A stretch of DNA of 63,992 bases, the filler included, from Sanchytrium tribonematis (lineage: Eukaryota), in assembly GCA_018985235.1 (NCBI GenBank). It is 6 parts of 6 records of this genome, joined end to end, with 100 filler letters (N's around TTAATTAATTAA, not from the genome) between each part and the next. Parts side by side here need not be neighbours in the genome. Positions count along the whole stretch, not along the records: positions 56,755 to 63,992 come from JADGIG010000451.1; 5 more parts are not named here. The stretch is one strand, 5' to 3'. Each line of letters starts with the position of its first letter. Position 1 is the first letter of the stretch. The position numbers and the translations under genes are program-made. Shown piece by piece: positions 57,021 through 63,992 of this stretch. The notes under the pieces were generated by a model. That model was given only the letters and a program-made list of their open reading frames with translations, was not told the DNA's origin and did not search any database.

Positions 57021-57681
57021 TTATTTGTTCAGCAAGGTTTGGATTACATCTTTCATAGGTTCGCATTCTTTAGGATCCACCAACTTATGTTCTTGTACAA
57101 AAAACATAAAATGCTTAAAACTGGTATTCAAATGAGCCTCCTCGCCCAGAGCTGCTACTTTGGTCATATGGGAGTGGTATATATGAGCGTAAACCCGAAA
57201 TAACCTATGTTATAAGAAACTACCTCTTAAAAATTGTACCAATGGTTGTCCTAAAATTTTTCGGGTAATTATCTGTACTTTTAGAAGGAAATGTTGATTC
57301 ATCATCAAGCTGTTCTTGCACCCAGGTCATAAGATAATCAACATATTCAGGGGCTGTGCATTTAATGGGAGTCTTGATTTTCACTCCATCGCTCCAATGA
57401 TACTCGAATTTGGGCCCCGCACTCATTATTGGACATGTAGCTGGTGTACAATATTCTGTGATTGTACCATACAGCAGATTGATTTGGTTATAAAAATCAA
57501 TGCAATTGACAGCCAGCCATTCTTGCTCATTTTCACCTGGGGGACATTTAACTGCAGATCTTAAATTACCCGTGCCCAAAGTTGCAGCTGCATACTTAAG
57601 AAGCTGATGGTTTTTACTTCCTTCTTCTATTTTTTTATTTGGCTTGAAAGTTTTGTTATTTGAACCTTTGAAAATATTCAT
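57021..57681 (-). CDS. MOB1: MOB1 kinase activator, two exons (19-nt intron 57205-57223), 213 aa
   Basis: ATLGTGNLRSAV, CPIMSAGP, APEYVDYLM; splice restores IFKRLFRVYAHIYHSH...EAHLNTSFKHF. Confidence 0.96.
57205..57223 (-). other. 19-nt spliceosomal intron (MOB1)
   Basis: GTAGTTTCTTATAACATAG. Confidence 0.95.
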
Positions 57682-57724
57682 ACTATTTATCACAGCGTTT
57701 CACAAAATAGAAGAAAATTTATTT

Positions 57725-59807
57725 TTATGGGGTATAAATATTGTTATATTCAACATCAAGCTTCTTTAAAACTTCAAGAATCGCGGGCAAACATGAGCGA
57801 GTTTCTCTCTTAAAAATAAAAACAACATGCACTTCATTTTCAGTATGGTTAAAAACTTTCACCTCTTTTACAAATCTGTGAGTCTTTTTTAACAATCCCT
57901 TGTAAATCAAATATAGTTGATCGGGATTGAACGACCCTTTTATTTTATATTCGCAAGTAATAAATTTCGTCATGGATATTTCCTGAAGTGGTAATTTTTG
58001 ACAAATTCGCATATTGTCACTTTCCATTATAACTTGCTCCAAGTTGTAATTACAAACGGTGTAGTCTTTCTGATTAAAAGTTACTGGAGATCCGATATTC
58101 CAATTCTTCTTACTTAAATATGTAGCTGCCGAAGTATTCCGCAAAAGCCCATATATAAATAATGGCGACATTAGCAACCCGACGAATAATACTAATGATG
58201 AGAAAGGACTGGGAATTAGTCCGGAAAATATTATAGTAAATCCAATAAACAAGCCAAATCGAAAAAATGATGTTTGGAGCTTTTGACAGCAAGAAAATAC
58301 CGAAGATTTTTCTACAATCTCATTTTGATACTTCTTGATAGTGTACGTAATGGCATTTCCTAGTTCCGATTCAGTTATGTCTTCATTATCATATATATTC
58401 AAGATTTTAAACAAAGATTCAGAATAGGGACTGAAAGCAAGGAAACTTCTTTTAGATATTCTAGAATTATTCATAGATATTTCTTTAAATATTATTTTTG
58501 AAATGAAAGGGTCAGTAATATCAAGATTAGGTCTATTTTTCAATTGCCCGAAGTTAGCAAGAAAAATCTCGAGAGTTGCCATATGTTGATGGTAAGACAA
58601 ATCAATCGAATTTGCAATTTGAAATTGTAAATATAATGCAATTAACTCCAATGCAAAAATTGAAAGAGTTGCACCTGCTATAAGAAACAGAGTATAGGAT
58701 ATCCAATAATTCAATATAAAAATAGAGGCAATGATCGCACTAGACAAAGACGCGACAATACTTCCCAAGAGTATTGAGATTGACAGCGGAAAATGGTCAC
58801 ACACTTCTAGTAAAGGATCACTTATCTTTGGAATTTCAAATAAGTAATAAGTAATGTTCGAAACTAGTATTGAGACCACGCTAAATTAGTTTAAAGTACA
58901 AAAAGCAAGGTATGAATAAGTACTCTCGTAGTCCAGCTAGATTAAGAAATGACAACGACGCGGCACTAGTAATAAAGCTAACAAAAATTAATACTTTGCA
59001 AATCAAAGGGACACCAGACCTATAAAATGTTCTATAAACCTTTATATCTTGCTCATGAATTATGCTGGCCGGTTCAACAATATCAATAGAAGAAAAAGAT
59101 GGTTCTTCAAACGATGCAAACCTTTGAATTTGTCCGATGTTTGAAGCTGAATGAGTCGGATGCTGTTCGGTTTTATTATTTGCAGTTTTGGAAACAATCT
59201 TTTTTTGACTTGGAGTTGGCAATACCGTGGATGGGGGTGGAGAAGTAGGTGAATTTTTTTGAATATTTAGATTCTGATCCATTACTGCTATGGTACGTCT
59301 GTATTCCAGATTCCTTAACAGTGAGCTGCTGGCAAATCTTGAATTGCTTTGATTTTCGATTGTGCTGGGCCGATTTTTAGTCTTTTTAACCTGTGAGTCT
59401 AAATAACTTGACAGATCTGCTGGTGGAGCGCTTAAAGGAGAAGGTCTACTTTCTAGTTTAAAAGTCGAGACTCTGACGTTGGATCGCGTCGACTCTATGT
59501 CTTTTGGCTTCTCTTCTACTCCATCATCAATCGTGAATACCTGGGCTTGATCCTCGTCATTATTTGCGGTCGTATGCAAAGACTTGTCAGGAATGATGAA
59601 TATTTTCTCTGACGGTGCTTTTTTTTGATTTTTATCTTGATTGCTAGGTATTTTGGTCAGATCTGGTTGAGAGAGCGATTTTCTTCTAGACTGAAATAAT
59701 GTTAATTGAGAAACATTCAAATGAGCCTTCTCAACTGTCAAAATGTCTTCAGATGCTGAAGATTTTCTCTCCTTCAGTTGATTTGTACGTGTTTTAAAGT
59801 TGTCCAT
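57725..59807 (-). CDS. Divergent MscS-like (Msy1/2-type) membrane protein, two exons (19-nt intron 58881-58899), 687 aa
   Basis: Disordered N-terminus, TM helices, EF-hand-like FKILNIYDNEDITESEL, WNIGSPVTFNQKDYTV resembling the MscS beta domain. Confidence 0.55.
58881..58899 (-). other. 19-nt spliceosomal intron (MscS-like)
   Basis: GTACTTTAAACTAATTTAG. Confidence 0.85.
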
Positions 59808-59923
59808 TTTCAAGCCTCAATTATAAATTTGAATATAATAAGACCACTATAATCCATTTGTACTTTATTATTTTAATTTGATAGAATCTAAGTTTAAGTA
59901 AATTTCTGACTTCAATTTTTATC

Positions 59924-61243
59924 ATGAAACCGGCAAATTTAATTTCTTACATTTTGGCCAAAGCCTTATTCTTTGTTTTCGCTTATGTATATTTGTGCGC
60001 AAAAATTCTTGCTTTTCGAAATGTAAGCATTTATGTCAAAATATCATTTTCAAGTGTAGCATCCTCTAGCATGTTTTTATTATTTATGACTCCGGTTGAG
60101 ATCCTCAACTTGTTTGATATAGATTCCCGCTGGATTTTTTGGAAGTTGGAAATCACGATACTCTTAATTTTAATAATTATTGTGGTACCACTGTATCAAA
60201 TCCATTGCATTTCTCCGAAAAAGTATCACTACTTTTTTACCTTTATTATTTATCTCATTTATTTGAAAATGTTTAAGAGCGTTTCTGAAGTAGAGGGGTG
60301 GGCGGATAGTTGGGATGGGTATATTATACAATTTGCTTTACCTAGAGTGGGAGTAATAGGAGTTGCATTGATGGCCTTTTTGAGCGGTTTCGGCGCAGTC
60401 AATTCTCCATATGAGACCATGTTTGTCTTCATGAGATCTATAAACGATTCCGAATTGGCCAATGTTGAGCGCAAAATTTTGAATAGCCTTGAGATGATAT
60501 TTGCAAAACGAAAAACAATTAATTCACTACGACAGTCAAAAGAACCAACTATATCTGGATTTGTGAAAAATATTTGGAGTGGGAATTGGTCAAAGCTAGG
60601 ACAATTGAACGAAGAAGTTATTTCGTCTGAAAATTTATATGTTCAGCTATTGAGCGACCTTGATGAAATGAATATTGATAAGCAGAAACAGGACTTTGGC
60701 AGCACATGGAAAGGCCAATATTATAATATTATTGGATGGGTGTTTAGCATTTATTGTGTATATAAACTGATTATGTGCATAATTAATATTCTATTCAATA
60801 GATTTGGCGATATTGATCCAATAACTACAGCTTTAACTTTTTACATTCGATACACTACTCAAAGTATTATTCAAGAGGAAGATATAGCGTCGATTTCACA
60901 GCCTTTAAGTTTTATAAGTGTTGGAATTCTTATTGTATGTTCAATCAGAGGAGTTTTAATTCAACTACTTAAATTGTTCCGCAAGTTTTCAAGAAATATT
61001 CCGCCTCACCATATTATACTGGTATTTTCTCAATTACTGGGAATGTATTTCTTGTCTACCATATTATTGATGCGTCTTAATTTGCCCATTGCCTACCGAG
61101 GTCTCTTGAATGAAGTACTTGGTAATATTAGTTTTCAATTTTTTCACAAGTGGTTTGATATTATATTTTTCATTTCCGCTGTATGTTCCATTGTAATAAT
61201 TTACACGCTAAGATCTACAAAATTAGAGTTAAAAAGAGACTGA
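59924..61243 (+). CDS. GPR89: Golgi pH regulator / GPR89
   Basis: RVGVIGVALMAFLSGFGAVNSPY, FSIYCVYK, DPIT, FFHKWFDIIF. Confidence 0.95.
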   Translation: MKPANLISYILAKALFFVFAYVYLCAKILAFRNVSIYVKISFSSVASSSMFLLFMTPVEILNLFDIDSRWIFWKLEITILLILIIIVVPLYQIHCISPKKYHYFFTFIIYLIYLKMFKSVSEVEGWADSWDGYIIQFALPRVGVIGVALMAFLSGFGAVNSPYETMFVFMRSINDSELANVERKILNSLEMIFAKRKTINSLRQSKEPTISGFVKNIWSGNWSKLGQLNEEVISSENLYVQLLSDLDEMNIDKQKQDFGSTWKGQYYNIIGWVFSIYCVYKLIMCIINILFNRFGDIDPITTALTFYIRYTTQSIIQEEDIASISQPLSFISVGILIVCSIRGVLIQLLKLFRKFSRNIPPHHIILVFSQLLGMYFLSTILLMRLNLPIAYRGLLNEVLGNISFQFFHKWFDIIFFISAVCSIVIIYTLRSTKLELKRD

Positions 61244-61245
61244 TT

Positions 61246-63204
61246 TTATTGCATCAATCCCAAATGTTTTAAAAAGGCTTCATTCGATGGCTCTCTTTTC
61301 AAAAACCTTTTTACATTTTCTAACTCATCTAAACTACCACCTTTCTCCAGAACAAGTTTTCGATATTCTCTACCCACATCCTTTGATAAGTAACCCCTTT
61401 CTTTGAAACAAGAGTACATATCACTTGCAAAAACCAGCGAATACAAATATCCATAATATCCAGATTGATATCCTCCCATTATATGCCCGAAAGTAGAGGC
61501 ACCAAACGTACCAACATGATGAGGAAATAAGGTTATTTCGCCGCGTAAGTTTGAATAAATTTCATTGATATCAAGATTCGAGGAAATTTGAGAACCATGT
61601 AAGGTCATATCAAATATTCCAAAAAAGAGCTGTCTTAAGTTGAATAAAGATTCATCCACATTTCTTGCCGCAATCAAATTGTCAATCAAGGTGTCTGGAA
61701 GAGGCTCTTTTGTCTTATAATGAGACGATAAGGTCCTTAATACTTCTTTTTCAAATACAAAATTTTCCAACATTTGGGAAGGAGCTTCAACAAAATCCCA
61801 TGCAGTGTTGGTTCCTTGCTGGTCCGAATAGGTTGTAATGGAAGTAATTACGTGGAAAACATGTCCCAATTCATGTGCCAAAGTTTGCACCTCACTGTGT
61901 TCCAACAAACTTGGTGAAGATTTTGTGGGCTTGTTGAAATTGGCAACGAGAGCTGCAATTGCAGGCTGGAACTTTCCATCGCTTAATTTGCATGCTGGTT
62001 GGAGTTGAAAACACGCAGCGTGGGAGTATTTCGATGGTCGAGGAAAAATATCAACGAAGAAGGTCCCAAAGAAATGATCATTGGAACCATCAAATACTGA
62101 ATAAACTTTGACGTCTGGATGCCAGACATCTTGAGTTACCTGCTCAATTCTAAGATCGAATATTGACTGGTATAGACTCAAAATTGAATCTAAAACATGG
62201 TCAACTGGAAAATATTCTTGAATTAATTTTTCGTCCACTGCATAATCTCTCTTTTTCAATTGGTTATGATAGTAACGAAAATCGTAAGAATTAAGATGTG
62301 AACCTTTCATATCTTCAAGAATTTGGAGTTCTTTCTTACCAAAAGGTGTTAGCTTTGATTTAAGATCATTTAAAAAGTTCCATACATTTTCTGGATTTTT
62401 GGCCATCCTGTTTACAAGATTATAATCAGAAAATGATTTGTAGCCAAGTATCTGAGCTAATTCATATCTTTTTGTCACTGCCTTTTGCAAGCGAGCTATG
62501 TTATCTGGACATCTGGTTGTGAAAATATAGTCCAAATCTTTCCTAGTTTCCTCGACCTCACAATTATCAAATATTGGGATAGCGTCGGGGTATTTCATGG
62601 TTATAACATATTTATCTCCATTTCGGTCAAGTTTTTCCAAATAAGATTCTGGCATTCCTTTTAATTGCTCAAGTGTAAACTCGATTTTAGTTTCATCATC
62701 TGCAATTGAAGTTGAAAAGTCCAAAGAGAGTTTTTGCAATTCCTCCTTAATCGATTTAACCTCTGACGCTTTTTTCTCATCAAGTAATAAACCATTATGA
62801 ACAAAGTCTCTATAAAAATCTGAAAATAATCGTGACTCAAATTCCTCTACCTGAAGGCTTTTCTCCATAACAGCCTCAACAATTGGTTTTAAATGATCAA
62901 ACAAAGATTTGTTACTATAAACCCCAAGCTGGTACTTGTTCAATATTTCTTGCGCTTTGCGACTTTCGTCTCTAACAGATAACTCAGTTGATACATGCTG
63001 CCCAAATGTGATTTTGGACTTGAGAGACTCTAATTCATTGTTGTTGATGAACCAGGCTCGAAGTGAATCCAGAGAAGCCGCCTTTGAAAGGAATTCTTTC
63101 GTTATTTCGTCCGATGTTTTGACGTAAAAACTAGTCAGATCAGATATCTCGTTGGATTTTGGTAGTGTAAAAATGCTATTATTTCCCTTTCCTAATATAG
63201 ACAT
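61246..63204 (-). CDS. M3 metallopeptidase (thimet oligopeptidase/saccharolysin)
   Basis: HELGH, DFVEAPSQMLEN, FGHIMGGYQSGYYGY. Confidence 0.96.
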   Translation of the reverse strand: MSILGKGNNSIFTLPKSNEISDLTSFYVKTSDEITKEFLSKAASLDSLRAWFINNNELESLKSKITFGQHVSTELSVRDESRKAQEILNKYQLGVYSNKSLFDHLKPIVEAVMEKSLQVEEFESRLFSDFYRDFVHNGLLLDEKKASEVKSIKEELQKLSLDFSTSIADDETKIEFTLEQLKGMPESYLEKLDRNGDKYVITMKYPDAIPIFDNCEVEETRKDLDYIFTTRCPDNIARLQKAVTKRYELAQILGYKSFSDYNLVNRMAKNPENVWNFLNDLKSKLTPFGKKELQILEDMKGSHLNSYDFRYYHNQLKKRDYAVDEKLIQEYFPVDHVLDSILSLYQSIFDLRIEQVTQDVWHPDVKVYSVFDGSNDHFFGTFFVDIFPRPSKYSHAACFQLQPACKLSDGKFQPAIAALVANFNKPTKSSPSLLEHSEVQTLAHELGHVFHVITSITTYSDQQGTNTAWDFVEAPSQMLENFVFEKEVLRTLSSHYKTKEPLPDTLIDNLIAARNVDESLFNLRQLFFGIFDMTLHGSQISSNLDINEIYSNLRGEITLFPHHVGTFGASTFGHIMGGYQSGYYGYLYSLVFASDMYSCFKERGYLSKDVGREYRKLVLEKGGSLDELENVKRFLKREPSNEAFLKHLGLMQ

Positions 63205-63278
63205 TAAAATTTAAGAGCTAGTCTCAAGGAGTATTTTTTTGAAAGTGACTGAAACGCTCGAAAATATGTTGTATTTAT

Positions 63279-63992
63279 TTATGCTAAATATATAAGCATA
63301 TTAGAATCTTTTTCGTCTCTCTTTAAGTACTCTTTTTCGATCAATAAATCAATACATTTTTTGATCATTCCGATTTTAGGCTTGAATTTGTTTTGAAGTT
63401 GCTGAATAACTTCGTTCATTAGCACAACATATTTGAGTTGTTTTCTCGATTTCATAATCCTGACCAGGCATGCCTGAATGACAAGCTGACGATCTTGATC
63501 CATGTTGATTGTATCGTCTGGGTCAGGAACAGAAGATTTCAGGAATTGAAATAGATTAAGTCGAACTTTTTTGCTCGCGAAGTTGTCACTAAGAGATATA
63601 ATAGTATCTTCGTTACAGTTATTTAAAGCATCTGATAGCTGATCAGTGGGTACACTAATTCCTTTTAATATTTTAGCCCTAAACAGTATACCCAAATGTT
63701 GAATGAGAGTATCGATAGGCAAATTTAGAGCTACCATTATTTCTTTGATTGTAAGTTCTGACTTTAGATTGAACAGATGCAGAGCAGCTACTTGGAAAAC
63801 AGAACAGGTCAATAGGAATGTAGTTGACTGAGAGGCAGGAGTAAACTTAAGTTCGCATCGAGAGTGAGTGTGCATAAAATTTAACTTTCTGCCACTATGC
63901 TTTTCTTGGTACTTTTTTTGCATTTCATCTATAACAACTTGTAACTCAGTCGGAAGAATAACTTCTTCTTTTGGGACAACTAAAGGCCAAGT
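63279..63992 (-). CDS. Cullin (Cul1/Cdc53-like), C-terminal part
   Basis: HSGRKL, IQACLVRIMKSRK neddylation motif, IKKCIDLLIEKEYL; frame open to the window end. Confidence 0.93.
   Translation of the reverse strand, partial: TWPLVVPKEEVILPTELQVVIDEMQKKYQEKHSGRKLNFMHTHSRCELKFTPASQSTTFLLTCSVFQVAALHLFNLKSELTIKEIMVALNLPIDTLIQHLGILFRAKILKGISVPTDQLSDALNNCNEDTIISLSDNFASKKVRLNLFQFLKSSVPDPDDTINMDQDRQLVIQACLVRIMKSRKQLKYVVLMNEVIQQLQNKFKPKIGMIKKCIDLLIEKEYLKRDEKDSNMLIYLA

Noticed and set aside
3905..58899. Split ORFs as pseudogenes, programmed frameshifts or stop-codon reassignment
   Set aside because: All except the PiT1 A-run are resolved by 19-nt GT-AG introns, and long genes translate cleanly in the standard code with TAA, TAG and TGA all used as stops.

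Overview
AT-rich, extremely gene-dense eukaryotic DNA. Gene content (chitin-directed LPMO-like and CBM18 proteins, axonemal dynein LC1, CEP19, PUS10, a Crinkler-like gene, a complex I subunit) suggests an early-diverging zoosporic fungus or close relative; this is inference and the species is not identified. The window is not one locus. It is six size-sorted ~11.2 kb contigs joined by artificial 100-nt N-TTAATTAATTAA-N linkers. It holds about 50 protein genes or fragments and one intron-containing tRNA-Arg(CCT). The strongest signal is a minimal splicing system. All nine spliceosomal introns I could reconstruct are exactly 19 nt with the pattern GTA-N8-T-N-A-NN-TAG, placing a putative branch A at a fixed -6 position. 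Other reduced gene-expression signals are an orientation-independent AGGAG/CTCCT element near many start codons, stop codons embedded in AATAAA, and 8-11 aa signal peptides alongside a remodelled SPC3. Contig 3 (22780-34040) is rich in secreted/accessory genes, including apparently secreted kinases and a virus/bacteria-like gene. All product calls are from motif recognition, not database searches.
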